The notes beneath the pieces are model-generated. The model was given only the letters and a program-made list of their open reading frames with translations, ran no database searches and was not told the DNA's origin. The position numbers and the translations under genes are program-made. From NCBI GenBank assembly GCA_003223135.1, contig QHXX01000018.1, positions 65,904 through 129,903 of the forward strand: a stretch of DNA of 64,000 nucleotides, written 5' to 3'. Source of the stretch: Acidobacteriota bacterium. GTDB lineage: Bacteria > Acidobacteriota > Polarisedimenticolia > Gp22-AA2. Of the stretch, positions 1-10,648 are shown in pieces; positions within the stretch are counted from its first letter, which is position 1; each line of letters opens with the position of its first letter.

Positions 1-406
1 CGGCCACATCCGTGACGAAATCCGCGACCTCTATGGAGACATCCCGAGTCCGGCGGAGAGTCTCCTGGCCCTGGCGTCCGTGCGCCTCATGGCCGACCGC
101 CTGCAGATCCGCGCCATCGACTATGCCAGCGGGCGTGTGCAGATCCGGTTCACGGAGGATGCTCCGATCGACCCGGAAGTTGTGGTGCGCCTCGCCGCCA
201 CGCGTTCCGGTCTGAGCCTTCTGCCTTCGGGTGTGCTCCGCCTGCGGCTGGACGGCACCGGCGACCCCTCCGGAACGATCCGGCCGGCCGTGGACCAGTG
301 GCGCATCGCCGCCGTCCTGAACCTCTTGAAGTCGATCCGGACGGGTGATAGCATGCCCGCTGCTTCGCAGCCCACCGCTGTCGGGCCATCCACTGAGGAC
401 AGGTGA
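1..406 (+). CDS. mfd: Transcription-repair coupling factor Mfd, C-terminal fragment (5' end outside window)
   Basis: Frame-2 translation from nt 2 (GHIRDEIRDLYGDIPSPAESLLALASVRLMADRLQIRAIDY...) resembles the TRCF C-terminal domain; stop at 404-406. Confidence 0.55.
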   Translation, partial: GHIRDEIRDLYGDIPSPAESLLALASVRLMADRLQIRAIDYASGRVQIRFTEDAPIDPEVVVRLAATRSGLSLLPSGVLRLRLDGTGDPSGTIRPAVDQWRIAAVLNLLKSIRTGDSMPAASQPTAVGPSTEDR

Positions 407-506
407 GGAATCAGGCGCCCCAGGAAAACAGTCAAGGACAGGTGTGCGGCGCGGGAGCCTCGGCGGGTGCCGGAGTACGCGGTGGAGAGGCGCGGGCCGG
501 CGGGGC

Positions 507-1482
507 CATGGTGGCGACCGGCGTGTTGTTGGTCCTGCTGAACGCCGCTTGCTCCAGGAGACAGGACAACCCTTCCGACGCTGCCGCCTCCCCCACGCCC
601 GGCGCGAACCGGGCGCAGGCGATGCTCGATGCCCAGGTGGTCGCTACGGTCGGCGGTGATCCGATCTCGCTAAGGGCGTTCGAGCGCTACCTGGCGGACA
701 ACGTCGGCGACGCAGAAGACGACGATGCCGACCAGGCGAACGCCATCAAGAGCCGGCTCCTCGACCAGCTGATCGAGGAGCAGATCCTGTTGCGCGCCTC
801 CCAGGGCCTCGGGGTCACCGTGTCCGAGGTGGAGATCGACGACTACCTGACCCAGATCGGCGTGAGCGAGGGAGAGGCCGAAGTCGCCGGGGGTGAGGGC
901 AAGGAGGCCTTCCGCGAGAAGGTGCGCCAGAGCCTCGTCCTACAGAAGGTGAAGGACAGGGCCGTCCTGAGCAAGGTCGAGGTGACCCCGGGCGAGGTTG
1001 AGGACTACCTCAAGAAACAGTCGGAGACCGCCCGCGTCCCGCGTTCGGTTGTCCTGCGCCAGATCCTGATCGATGATAAGAGTCTGGCCGAGAGACTGTC
1101 CGCCCAGCTCGCGAAGGACCCCGCGAGGTTCGAGGCGCTGGCGCGTGACAGTTCCGTGGCCCCGGACAAGGGACAGGCCCGCGCCTACAGCGAAGACGAC
1201 CTGCCGGCCGAGATCAAGGACGCCGCCTTCAAGCTGGAGCCGGGTCAGGTCAGCCCGGTTCTGGAGTACGCCGGGGCCTTCCTGATCTTCCAGCTCGTGC
1301 GCAAGATGGAGGCGCAGGACGCCGACATGCGCGACGTGAAGCGCCGGGTCCAGGTCGACCTGTTCCGGAAGAAGGGAGAGCAGGCGCTCGAGCGCTACAT
1401 CGCCGATCTCAAGAAGGATACGGAAATCCATGTCAACCGCACCGTCCTCCCCTTCGATTACTCGGGGGAGTACCGCAACTAG
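507..1482 (+). CDS. SurA-like periplasmic chaperone / parvulin-type peptidyl-prolyl isomerase
   Basis: Hydrophobic N-terminus (MVATGVLLVLLNAACS), SurA-N-like helical region, PpiC/parvulin block (RQILIDDKSLAERL...GQVSPVLEYAGAFLIFQLV). The ORF extends upstream to 403; 507 ATG preferred. Confidence 0.65.
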
Positions 1483-2647
1483 CGCCCTCCTCGCGGTCGT
1501 CGTGTCTGTCCTCGTCCTGTCCGCGCCGGCCAGGGGCGCCATCGTCGAGGAGATCGTCGCCAAGGTGAACAACCGGATCGTCAGCAAGAGCGAGTTCGAG
1601 GAGCGTGGCGCTTACATCCTGAAGCAAATCTACCAGCAGTACTCGGGGACGGACCTCGATCAAAGGCTTCTGGATGCGCACGAGACGATGCTGGCGAACA
1701 TGATCACCGAGCTGCTCCTGGTGGAGAGGGCGCAGACCCTCCTGGATCTCGACAAGGTGCGCAAGAACCTGGTGGACGACTTTCGCAAGCAGCAGAACAT
1801 TCCAAGCGAGGAAGAACTTGAGCGACTGCTCAAAGAGCAGGGGATGACCCGCAAGGACCTGGAGGAACAGCTGATCCGGCTGGCGGTGCCACAGGAGATC
1901 ATCAACTACGAGGTGCGGCGAAAGATCAGCGTGAGCGACGCCGAAATCAAGCAGTACTACGACCAGCACCAGAAAGAGTGGGAGACGCCGGCCACCGTCA
2001 CCTTCAACGAGATCGTCCTGTTCTACGAGAACGCGAACCACCCCGAGGTGGTGTCGCGCGCCCAGGGGGTCGTGCGCGAGGCGCGCGCGGGGACCGAGTT
2101 CGGCGAGCTCGTGCAGAAATACTCCGAGGCCGGGAGCAAGGAGACGGGCGGCTTCCTCGGTCCGCTGGCCGCGACCGATCTGCACCCGGCGATCGCGAAG
2201 GCGGCCTTCGGTCTGGGGGTGGGTGACGTCAGCGATCCGATCGAGACGGGACGCTCGATCCAGGTTCTCCGGCTGGTGGGGAAGACGGACCGTATCGTCA
2301 AGACGATCGACCAGGTCAAGGACGCGGTCGCGAAGACGGTGCGCGAGGAGAAGTTCCGTCCGCGCTACGAGCACTACATCAGGAAGCTGTGGAAGGAGAG
2401 CCAGATCGAAATCCTGCCGAAGTACGAACAGTTCCTCGTCTGGTCTCCCCTCAAAGGGACGAAGGGGGCCGGGGAAAAGCTGCCGGTGGGCGCCCCGGGC
2501 GCGGAGCCCGAGGGACAGGGCGCCGCTTCCGAGACCCCGGGTCCGCCGCCCCTGGAACCGGCCGGTGGGGCCGGTGCGCCGGAGCCGAAGCCGCCGGGCG
2601 CTCTCCCGGCGCCGCAGGAGACGCCAACCCCAGGGATGGCCGACTGA
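1430..2647 (+). CDS. Second SurA/PpiD-like parvulin PPIase with Pro/Ala-rich C-terminal tail
   Basis: Signal-like N-terminus, SurA-N-like region, parvulin block (GGFLGPLAATDLHPAIAKAAFGLGVGDVSDPIETGRSIQVLRL), low-complexity PEP/PAP tail. Confidence 0.65.
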   Translation: MSTAPSSPSITRGSTATSALLAVVVSVLVLSAPARGAIVEEIVAKVNNRIVSKSEFEERGAYILKQIYQQYSGTDLDQRLLDAHETMLANMITELLLVERAQTLLDLDKVRKNLVDDFRKQQNIPSEEELERLLKEQGMTRKDLEEQLIRLAVPQEIINYEVRRKISVSDAEIKQYYDQHQKEWETPATVTFNEIVLFYENANHPEVVSRAQGVVREARAGTEFGELVQKYSEAGSKETGGFLGPLAATDLHPAIAKAAFGLGVGDVSDPIETGRSIQVLRLVGKTDRIVKTIDQVKDAVAKTVREEKFRPRYEHYIRKLWKESQIEILPKYEQFLVWSPLKGTKGAGEKLPVGAPGAEPEGQGAASETPGPPPLEPAGGAGAPEPKPPGALPAPQETPTPGMAD

Positions 2648-2870
2648 GCGGTCGGAAAAATTCAAGGTTGGCGGCCGGGCGGTTCTGTGGTAAATTTGCG
2701 CCAGGCAAACGTCCCCAGGTTTCTACCAGCCGGAACCGTTTTCTCGATTCTGGTGCGAGTTCTGTTCCGGGCGCTCGGGGCCCCGGACAGAAATCTCGGG
2801 AACCAGCCGTTATCCGAAGCCCGGAGCGTGGCGCGGGCGTGACCGCGCAGAACGTGAGGGATTCTCGAAC

Positions 2871-3263
2871 ATGCGTCGCTATGATTTCGACAACCAGGGC
2901 CCGGCGCAGGACGAACTCAGGCAGGGAGCGGACCAGGTGAATCGCAAGCTCATCCGACCGAACCTATCGGAGTTGAAGGACAGGCTGCAACCAAGGCAGC
3001 CGCGGCGCAAGCAGGTTCCCCCGGAGTCGACCAACGCCGAGGCGTTCTACTACCTGAAACAGATGAACTCCAAGACTCCTATGGTCGTCGTGCTCAAGGA
3101 TGGCGAGGAGCTGCGGGGAGTCATCGAGTGGTATGACCGCAACTGCATCAAGGTCAACCGCGTGGGCGCTCCCAACCTGATGGTGATGAAAGACTGCATC
3201 AAGTATATGTACAAGGCGGAGGAGCAGGACGAGAACCGGTCGCCGCGATCCGACGGGATCTGA
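2871..3263 (+). CDS. Divergent Hfq-like Sm-fold RNA-binding protein with ~55-aa N-terminal extension
   Basis: Sm1-like motif MVVVLKDGEELRGVIEWYDRNCI and Sm2-like KDCIKYM, compared with Hfq [21 protein letters not shown] / YKHAIS. Start uncertain (GTG 2937 possible). Confidence 0.4.
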   Translation: MRRYDFDNQGPAQDELRQGADQVNRKLIRPNLSELKDRLQPRQPRRKQVPPESTNAEAFYYLKQMNSKTPMVVVLKDGEELRGVIEWYDRNCIKVNRVGAPNLMVMKDCIKYMYKAEEQDENRSPRSDGI

Positions 3264-3327
3264 GCATCCGGAGAGACTCCGTCCGCCTCGTGCAGAAGGC
3301 CTGGCGCCCCGCCGGGCGATCTCCCGA

Positions 3328-4408
3328 ATGAAGCCTGCTATCGCCGTGACGACCGGCGACCCTTTCGGTGTGGGGCCCGAGGTCGCTCTCAAGGCGGCCC
3401 GAGAGCCCGCCGTCCTCGAGGTCTGCCGCCCGCTTCTCATCGGAGACCGCCAGCACCTGCGTGGGGTGGCGCTGGGACTGCCGGGGGCCACCGTGGGTGA
3501 CCCGGCCGCCTGGCCCGAGGTCTCGAAATCCCCCTTCGGGTGGGGCTCGAAGCAGGGCGACGACATCCTCGTCGAGTCCTGGCCGTCCGGGCCGGCCATC
3601 CACGACATGGCGGACCGCCCCGAGCCTCCCTCTTCCCCCGGGCCCTCGGCCGCCGGCGGACGCAGCTCGGTCATGTATGTGAAGCAGGCGGTGGGCCTGG
3701 TGCGCTCCGGCGCAGCCGCGGCCGTCGTGACGGCGCCCCTCAGCAAAGAGGCGATGCGCCTGGCGAACGTCCGCTACCCCGGCCACACGGAGCTTCTGGC
3801 CGATCTCTGCGGCCTCGAGCCGGATGAGGTGGCGATGCTGTTCCTTACGCGCGAACTCAAGGTCGCCCTCGTCACGGTCCATCTCGGGCTGAAGGACGCC
3901 ATCGCCTCCCTGTCGTCCGCCCTCGTGGAGTCGAAGCTACGACTGATCCATTCGGAGCACCGGCGTCTCTTCGGCGGGGACCCCCGGATCGCCGTCTGTG
4001 CCCTCAACCCGCACGCTGGCGAAGGGGGCCTGTTCGGCGCGGAGGAGCGCGACATCCTCCGGCCGGCGGTTGAGGCGGCGCTGGGCACGGGCCTGAACGT
4101 GGCCGGGCCGTTTCCCGCCGACACCCTGTTCGTGCGCGCCGCCCGAGGGGAGTTCGACGTCGTCCTGGCGCTCTACCACGATCAGGCGACGATCGCGGTC
4201 AAGGCGCGCTCGTTCGGGAGCGGAGTCAACATGACCCTCGGCCTGCCGTTCGTGCGCACCTCCGTCGATCACGGCACCGCCTACGACATCGCCGGCAAGG
4301 GAATCGCCGACCACGGGAGCATGGTCGAGGCGATCCTGCTCGCGGCGCGGCTGGCAGGAGGCTCGCCGGAGCGCGGGACCCCCCGAGGTCCGGGGGGCTC
4401 CCGGCCTC

Positions 4409-4422
<14 letters not shown>
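3328..4422 (+). CDS. pdxA: 4-hydroxythreonine-4-phosphate dehydrogenase PdxA
   Basis: MKPAIAVTTGDPFGVGPEV, HTELLADLCGL, NPHAGEGGLFG, ALYHDQATIAVK, SVDHGTAYDIAGKG motifs. Confidence 0.85.
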
Positions 4423-5210
<788 letters not shown>

Positions 5211-5396
5211 GATGCCGACTCGTGGGTCGTGCGGCCCAGCCGGCTGCGTTCGATGGCCCGGCGGCGCGCCGCGGTCAGGGTCACCACGCGCGCGCCGTGC
5301 GCCTGCGACCCCTTCCCGCCCGCGGGCCTGGAGCGGGGCCAGCGAACCGGCAGGCGGCGGCGCGCCCGGGCCTTGCGCCGCGCGGCGGTTTCGCGG

Positions 5397-6446
5397 CTAC
5401 GCGCGCGCCGGGCCATTGTTCAACCTAAGCACCCCGCGCGCCGGCCGCCCCGCGGTCCCCCCGGCACGCCCGGACGCGGCGACCTCCGAGTGGGGGTGGG
5501 CGCGACGGTAGACCTCGATGAGGCGGCGCGTCGACACGGCGGTGTACCGTTGGGTCGTCGACAGGGAGGAGTGACCCAAAAGCTCCTGAATCGAGCGCAG
5601 GTCGGCGCCGGCGTTCAGCATGTGCGTCGCAAAAGAGTGCCGCAGCATGTGTGGCGAGACGTGCTTCTGGAGAGCCGCGGCGCGCAGGCGCCCATTGAGG
5701 ATCCGGCGCACGCTGCGGTCGGTCAGGCGCCCGCCGCGGGCGTTGAGGTACAACGCGTCACGTGCCGCCCGTGGCATCGCCGAGTCCGGGCGCCCGGTCC
5801 GCCGGCCAGCGCGTCCTTCGGGGTGGTTTGGCAGGAGTTCCGGCCGCGCTCTCAGATAGGCCATCAGGGCCGAGACCGCCTTGGATCCGATCGGCACGAG
5901 GCGCTCCTTCCGTCCCTTTCCGAGCACGCGCAGCATCCCGTCCCCCGTGGCGCGGGACGTCTCCAGGTCGCCCAGGTCCGCTCCCACCAGCTCGGCCACC
6001 CGCACGCCGCTGGCGTAGAGCAACTCGAGGATGGATCGGTCGCGCAGGTCGCGCGCGCCCGTCCCGAAAGCGTGGTCGAGGAGCGATTCTACCTCATGCT
6101 CGCTGAGCGCGTGAGGCAACCGCCTCTCGAGCTTGGGCGTTGCGACCATCGCCGCGGGATTGGTCGCCACGAGTCCACCCCGCACCATGTGGCGGAACAA
6201 CGAGCGCAGGGATGCGAGCTTGCGTGCCACCGTCGCACGGCTGACGCCCCGGTCGTAGAGATGCGACAGGTACTCCCGTATGGCGTGATGATCGAGGGTC
6301 AGGAGGGTGGCCTGTTGCCTCGGTAGCAGACCGTTCGACACGAATTCCTGGAATTCTTTCAGGTCGGCGCGGTAGCAGCGCACCGTCTGGGGCGAGGCTT
6401 TGACGTTGTGCTCGAGGTACAGGAGAAAGTCCGCGACCGGGTCCAT
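5397..6446 (-). CDS. Tyrosine recombinase XerC/XerD family
   Basis: N-terminal core-binding domain (FLLYLEHNVKASPQTVRCYRADL), catalytic region HMLRHSFATHMLNAGADLRSIQELLGHSSLSTTQRYTAV with catalytic Tyr. Confidence 0.85.
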   Translation of the reverse strand: MDPVADFLLYLEHNVKASPQTVRCYRADLKEFQEFVSNGLLPRQQATLLTLDHHAIREYLSHLYDRGVSRATVARKLASLRSLFRHMVRGGLVATNPAAMVATPKLERRLPHALSEHEVESLLDHAFGTGARDLRDRSILELLYASGVRVAELVGADLGDLETSRATGDGMLRVLGKGRKERLVPIGSKAVSALMAYLRARPELLPNHPEGRAGRRTGRPDSAMPRAARDALYLNARGGRLTDRSVRRILNGRLRAAALQKHVSPHMLRHSFATHMLNAGADLRSIQELLGHSSLSTTQRYTAVSTRRLIEVYRRAHPHSEVAASGRAGGTAGRPARGVLRLNNGPARA

Positions 6447-6487
6447 TCCGCTGTGATTCTACCCGATCACCCTCCGCTCCTCCTTTC

Positions 6488-6517
6488 TTGACAGATGCCA
6501 CCGAGGGGGCGTAAATA
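6488..6517 (+). promoter_or_regulatory. Candidate sigma70-type promoter for pckA (TTGACA-18nt-TAAATA)
   Basis: TTGACA at 6488-6493 and TAAATA at 6512-6517 with 18-nt spacer, in the divergent xerC/pckA intergenic region. Confidence 0.35.
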
Positions 6518-6574
6518 GTGAGATTCACGGACAAGGGGGCGCGGCTCAGTCCCCCGGGCCACGAGGGGGGTTGC

Positions 6575-8191
6575 GTGGAAGAACCGTCAGGAGGGGCGGA
6601 GACCGCTTCCGTCAGCGGGCCGAGGACCTCTCTTATCTCCTCAGTCATCGATCTTCCAGTCAGGCCTCGTTCGGTCGTCGCCCGCCCCGACCCCGAGGAG
6701 TTGCGCACCCTGACGGAGCGCATGCCGAACTGCCTCACCACAAAGTACGGCAACGTCAACGTCCAGACCCGCGTCGTCGCCCGCAGCAAGGCTTCCACCT
6801 TCATCGTCACGGACGATCCGTCTCTGCACAGGGGCCAGCCGACGATGACGAAGGAGCAGGGCGAGCGGATGGCCAGCATTCAGGACGAGTACATCCACAC
6901 GCACGACATGGTCGTCGTGGACGGATACATCGGCAACGATCCGGTCCTGCGCACCCCCGCCCGCCTGATCATCGAGACCGGCAACGCCAACATCGCCGCC
7001 ATGCAGCAGATCCTCTACTACCCGCTCGATCGGGCCGGCGAGAGCGGCTTCGAGCCTCTTGTGACGGTGATCTACACGCCGGGCCTGGAGGCGAGGGGGT
7101 TCCCGAACGACCGGCTGATCGCGGTCGACCTTGAACGCGGGATCACGCGCGTCTTCAACTCGGACTACTTCGGCGAGTCGAAGAAGGGCGGCCTGAGGAT
7201 GTGGAACAAGCTGGTCTACGACAGGGGCGGCCTGGCCATGCACGCCGGCTGCAAGATCATCCCGGTCGGGGGACAGAACCGCGTGGCGCTCATCATCGGC
7301 CTGTCGGGCACCGGCAAGACGACGACCACGTTCTCCAAGCAGAACGATTCGAGACCGGTGCAGGATGATTTCCTGGCGATCATGCCGGATGGCAGCATCC
7401 ACGCGACCGAAAACGGCTGCTTCGCGAAGACGTTCGGCCTGGCCGAGGAGACCGAGCCGGCGATCTACCGGGCGGTCCTGAAGCCGACGTCCTATCTGGA
7501 GAACGTGTCGCAGAAGAATGGCATGCTCGACTTCTTTGACACCTCCTACACGCAAAACGGTCGTGCCGTCTTCAAGATGTCCGATATCGAGGGCGCGGGG
7601 GACGCGCGCGCGATCAAGAAGGCCGACATCCTTCTCATTCTCAACCGCAACGAAGACATCATCCCGGCGGTGGCGCGCCTGAGCGGGACGCAGGCTGCCG
7701 CGTACTTCATGCTGGGCGAAACCAAGGGAACGAGCGCCGGCGGGGCCGAGGAGGCCGGCCGGTTCCTGCGCATCCCGGGGACCAACCCGTTCTTCCCGCT
7801 CGACCACAGTCTGCAGGGGAACCGCATCCTCGAGATCCTGAAGACGAATCCGATGGAAGTGTACCTGATGAACACCGGGCGGATCGGCGGTGGCGAGAAC
7901 GACCCGCGCAGCCTCAAGGTGAAGATCCGACACAGCAGCGCCATCATCCAGGGGATCGCCGAGGGGACCATCCGTTGGGAGAGGGATCCCGACTTCGGAT
8001 ACGAAGTGGCGTTCCGTGTCGCGGGCATCGAGGGGGACGACGAGCGCCTGCTGCGCCCGCGCGAGCTGTACGCGCAGCAGGGGCGCCTCGACGAGTACCG
8101 GACGATCGTCGAGCGGCTGCGGGCCGAGCGCCGCGAGTACATGAAGTCCTTTCCCGGGCTCGCGCGCGATATCGCCGAATCCGTGTCCTGA
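6575..8191 (+). CDS. pckA: Phosphoenolpyruvate carboxykinase (ATP)
   Basis: Kinase-1a loop GLSGTGKTTTTFS, ARSKASTFIVTDD (like TGRSPKDKYIV), ~540 aa. Start set to in-frame GTG 6575 (RBS GAGGGGGG), because the ORF-track start 6518 lies upstream of the predicted TSS. Confidence 0.8.
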   Translation: MEEPSGGAETASVSGPRTSLISSVIDLPVRPRSVVARPDPEELRTLTERMPNCLTTKYGNVNVQTRVVARSKASTFIVTDDPSLHRGQPTMTKEQGERMASIQDEYIHTHDMVVVDGYIGNDPVLRTPARLIIETGNANIAAMQQILYYPLDRAGESGFEPLVTVIYTPGLEARGFPNDRLIAVDLERGITRVFNSDYFGESKKGGLRMWNKLVYDRGGLAMHAGCKIIPVGGQNRVALIIGLSGTGKTTTTFSKQNDSRPVQDDFLAIMPDGSIHATENGCFAKTFGLAEETEPAIYRAVLKPTSYLENVSQKNGMLDFFDTSYTQNGRAVFKMSDIEGAGDARAIKKADILLILNRNEDIIPAVARLSGTQAAAYFMLGETKGTSAGGAEEAGRFLRIPGTNPFFPLDHSLQGNRILEILKTNPMEVYLMNTGRIGGGENDPRSLKVKIRHSSAIIQGIAEGTIRWERDPDFGYEVAFRVAGIEGDDERLLRPRELYAQQGRLDEYRTIVERLRAERREYMKSFPGLARDIAESVS

Positions 8192-8305
8192 GCCCATTCC
8201 ACCGGATGCACCGCCGCCGAGCGTTTGACTCTCACGGTCGAATCACTTAGGATGTCGCGCGCATTTTTAAACCCCAGAACCCGTGGGAGAGAGGTGAACC
8301 AGACC

Positions 8306-8563
8306 ATGGCACACTCGAAGAAGTTCGTGACCGGCTGCGGAATGGTCCTCGCCGCCCTGCTCGCGGTGGCGTGCGCGGGCCAGCCGACGCAGGAGCAGAC
8401 CACGACGCCGGAGCAGACCTCGCAGGCCCCGGCCCAGCAGGCCGCTCCGGCGGACCAGGGCGCGGTCCCGGCCGGCGCTCCCGCCGAGGGCACGGCGCCC
8501 GCCGAGGGCACGGCACCGGCGCAGGGACAGGCTCCGGCCCAGGGTGACAAGCCGCACAACTAG
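8306..8563 (+). CDS. Small low-complexity (Ala/Pro/Gln-rich) putative lipoprotein
   Basis: MAHSKKFVTGCGMVLAALLAVACAG signal/lipobox-like, then repetitive APAQ/APAEGT segments. Purine-rich RBS upstream. Confidence 0.4.
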   Translation: MAHSKKFVTGCGMVLAALLAVACAGQPTQEQTTTPEQTSQAPAQQAAPADQGAVPAGAPAEGTAPAEGTAPAQGQAPAQGDKPHN

Positions 8564-8605
8564 ATCTCGCATCGGGACCGAGGCGTGCGGCACCAGGGTC
8601 AAGAT

Positions 8606-8645
8606 AAAGGGGGATAAGGATTTCGCCTTGTCCCCCTTTTTCATT
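8606..8645 (+). terminator. Rho-independent terminator
   Basis: Perfect 9-bp stem aaaggggga / tcccccttt (8606-8614 / 8631-8639) followed by T-rich tract. Confidence 0.55.
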
Positions 8646-8687
8646 TTCCGGCTCGATCTTAAGGCGGCCGGAGTATCGTGAGAGACC

Positions 8688-9248
8688 ATGCCCTTGACCG
8701 TCTTCACCATCGGCCATTCCAACCGGTCCCTGGATGCTTTCCTGGCGATCCTCAAGGCTCACCAAATCGAGTGCCTGGCCGACATCCGTACGATCCCGCG
8801 CTCACGCCACAATCCCCAGTTCAGCGCCGAATCCCTGGAGAAGTCCCTCCCCAGGGCCGGCATCTCCTATGCCCGCCTGCCCCGCCTGGGAGGGCTGCGC
8901 AGGCCGCGCAAGGACTCGCGCAACCTGGCCTGGCGCAACGACACCTTCCGTGGCTACGCCGACTACATGGAGACCGCCGAGTTCGAGAAGGGGATCGCCG
9001 AGCTCCTGGCCCTGGCTCGCGACCGGCGCACCGCCATCATGTGCGCCGAGGCGCTCTACTACCGCTGCCACCGGTCACTCGTCTCCGATGCGCTGGTGTG
9101 CCGAGGCGTCGAGACCGTGCATCTGCTCGACCGCAACAAGACGTCGGCGCACCGCCTGACGGCGTTCGTGAAGATCGAGGACGGCCGGCCCACCTATCCC
9201 GCGACTCAGCCGACGCTGCCGGTGCCGGGCGCCGACGAAGAGGAGTAG
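8688..9248 (+). CDS. DUF488 family protein
   Basis: N-terminal FTIGHSNRSLDAFLAILKAHQIECLADIRTIPRSRHNPQF, characteristic of DUF488. Confidence 0.7.
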   Translation: MPLTVFTIGHSNRSLDAFLAILKAHQIECLADIRTIPRSRHNPQFSAESLEKSLPRAGISYARLPRLGGLRRPRKDSRNLAWRNDTFRGYADYMETAEFEKGIAELLALARDRRTAIMCAEALYYRCHRSLVSDALVCRGVETVHLLDRNKTSAHRLTAFVKIEDGRPTYPATQPTLPVPGADEEE

Positions 9249-9279
9249 CGGCCGTGGTCGGGCGAGGTTCGGCGCGGTC

Positions 9280-10050
9280 ATGAACCGGCTCTCCGGTATG
9301 CGCGGCGTCCTGTTCGACGTCGACGGGACATTGCTCGAGGACGACCGGCCGATTCCCGGGGCGCCCCAGACACTCGATCGGGTGCGCTCCCTGGGGATCG
9401 CCGTCCGCCTGACGACCAACACATCCCGCCGCCCCAGATCGGCCGTGGCCTCCGTCCTGCGCCGGGGAGGGTTCCGGGTCGACGATCGGGAGGTCCTGGC
9501 CCCGTGCGTCCTGGCCCGCCGGCGCATCGTCGACTCCCAACGCACCCGCGCGGCGTTCCTTCTTCCTGCCGCGGCGCGCGAGGACTTCGAGGGTGTCGTG
9601 GAGGACGAAAAGCACCCCGACTGGGTCGTCGTCGGCGACATCGGCCGCGACTTCACCTGGGAACGGCTGAACCGGGCCTACCGCTGGATCCGGGGCGGCG
9701 CCGCGCTCATCGCCCTGCACAAGAACCGCGTCTGGGACAATGGGGTGGACGGCATCGTCCTCGACGCCGGTCCGTTCGTCGTCGCGTTGGAGTATGCCAC
9801 GGGTGTGGAGGCTGAGCTCGTCGGCAAGCCCTCGCTCCCCTTCTTCAGGCTCGCCCTCGCCGACCTCGGCCTGCCGCCCGATCAGGTGATGGTCGTCGGC
9901 GATGACCTCGAGGCGGACTGCCGTGGCGGCGCTGCGGCCGGTTGCCGGACCGCGCTGGTGCTCAGCGGCAAGACAGCCCGCGAGGAGGCGGCCCGCTCAC
10001 GGCTGCGCCCGGAGCGGGTGCTGGAGTCCGTCGCGGATCTCCTCGAATGA
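9280..10050 (+). CDS. HAD-superfamily hydrolase, subfamily IIA
   Basis: Motif I VLFDVDGTL, motif III GKP, motif IV VVGDDLEADCRGG; NagD-like architecture. Confidence 0.7.
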   Translation: MNRLSGMRGVLFDVDGTLLEDDRPIPGAPQTLDRVRSLGIAVRLTTNTSRRPRSAVASVLRRGGFRVDDREVLAPCVLARRRIVDSQRTRAAFLLPAAAREDFEGVVEDEKHPDWVVVGDIGRDFTWERLNRAYRWIRGGAALIALHKNRVWDNGVDGIVLDAGPFVVALEYATGVEAELVGKPSLPFFRLALADLGLPPDQVMVVGDDLEADCRGGAAAGCRTALVLSGKTAREEAARSRLRPERVLESVADLLE

Positions 10051-10054
10051 ACTC

Positions 10055-10648
10055 CTACAGGAGATCGAGGACGCACAGATGGTCGTAGAAGGCGTCGAAG
10101 TTTTGCTGGCCGGCGTCGGGGAACAGGGTCATCAGCTGTCCGTAGACCTGGTGCAGCTTGCGGCTGCTGCTCTTGAGGTACGTCCCGCGTGAGCGGTAGA
10201 CATCGCGGTTGTCCTTGCCCGCCGCGCCGACGGAGAGCGCCTGGTTCCAGGTCTCGAAGTAGGCGCGCTGGTCGCGGATGGCGTCGACCAGCAGCCGCTG
10301 CACCTCCCGCAGCCGCTCGGGGGCCGGCAGGCCGTCCAGGATCGCGATGAGTGAATCGACGCGGTCGCGGTACTCCTGCACCGACTTCCCCCTGCGCCCC
10401 TCGGACTGGAACCATGTCCAGGCCTGCATTTTCTCGACGATCGCGAGGTCGACGAGCTCGAACAGGCGCGACAGGTAGGCCGCCTCCTCCCGGCTGAAGC
10501 CCCTGGAGGTCGGGTCGAGGGTGGCGTGGCGGTGCTGCATCTCCCGGTAGGCCTCCTCGACGGTCATCGCCTGCACGGGCACGAGGGCCGAGAGGGCCAC
10601 GAAGGCGGCAAGAAGGGGGGCGCGCGCGCGGTCAATCCAGGTCCGCAT
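10055..10648 (-). CDS. Hypothetical secreted protein
   Basis: N-terminal signal peptide (LLAAFVALSALVPVQA), no recognisable domain. Overlaps the stop of the upstream TPR-like gene, suggesting co-transcription. Confidence 0.45.
   Translation of the reverse strand: MRTWIDRARAPLLAAFVALSALVPVQAMTVEEAYREMQHRHATLDPTSRGFSREEAAYLSRLFELVDLAIVEKMQAWTWFQSEGRRGKSVQEYRDRVDSLIAILDGLPAPERLREVQRLLVDAIRDQRAYFETWNQALSVGAAGKDNRDVYRSRGTYLKSSSRKLHQVYGQLMTLFPDAGQQNFDAFYDHLCVLDLL

Noticed and set aside
403-506. N-terminal extension of first PPIase (MRNQAPQENSQGQVCGAG...)
   Set aside because: Gly/Ala/Arg-rich and overlaps the mfd stop. The downstream ATG at 507 precedes a signal-peptide-like segment.
1433-2665. 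410-aa antisense ORF opposite the second PPIase gene
   Set aside because: Arg/Pro/Gly/Leu-rich translation with no motifs. The opposite strand encodes a recognisable parvulin PPIase. Typical GC-shadow ORF.
2648-2870. Possible tRNA/ncRNA in the lower-GC spacer before the Hfq-like gene
   Set aside because: No cloverleaf-compatible segment or known motif recognised by eye. Cannot be excluded without tRNAscan/Infernal.
5397-6446. XerC/D-family recombinase as marker of an integrated mobile element
   Set aside because: Sequence has housekeeping XerC/XerD-type motifs. Flanked by suhB and pckA with no phage/plasmid genes, direct repeats or tRNA target visible, so called as chromosome-dimer resolution recombinase, not mobile_element.
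6641-8197. 518-aa antisense ORF opposite pckA
   Set aside because: The plus strand encodes PEPCK with diagnostic P-loop. Antisense translation is low-complexity.
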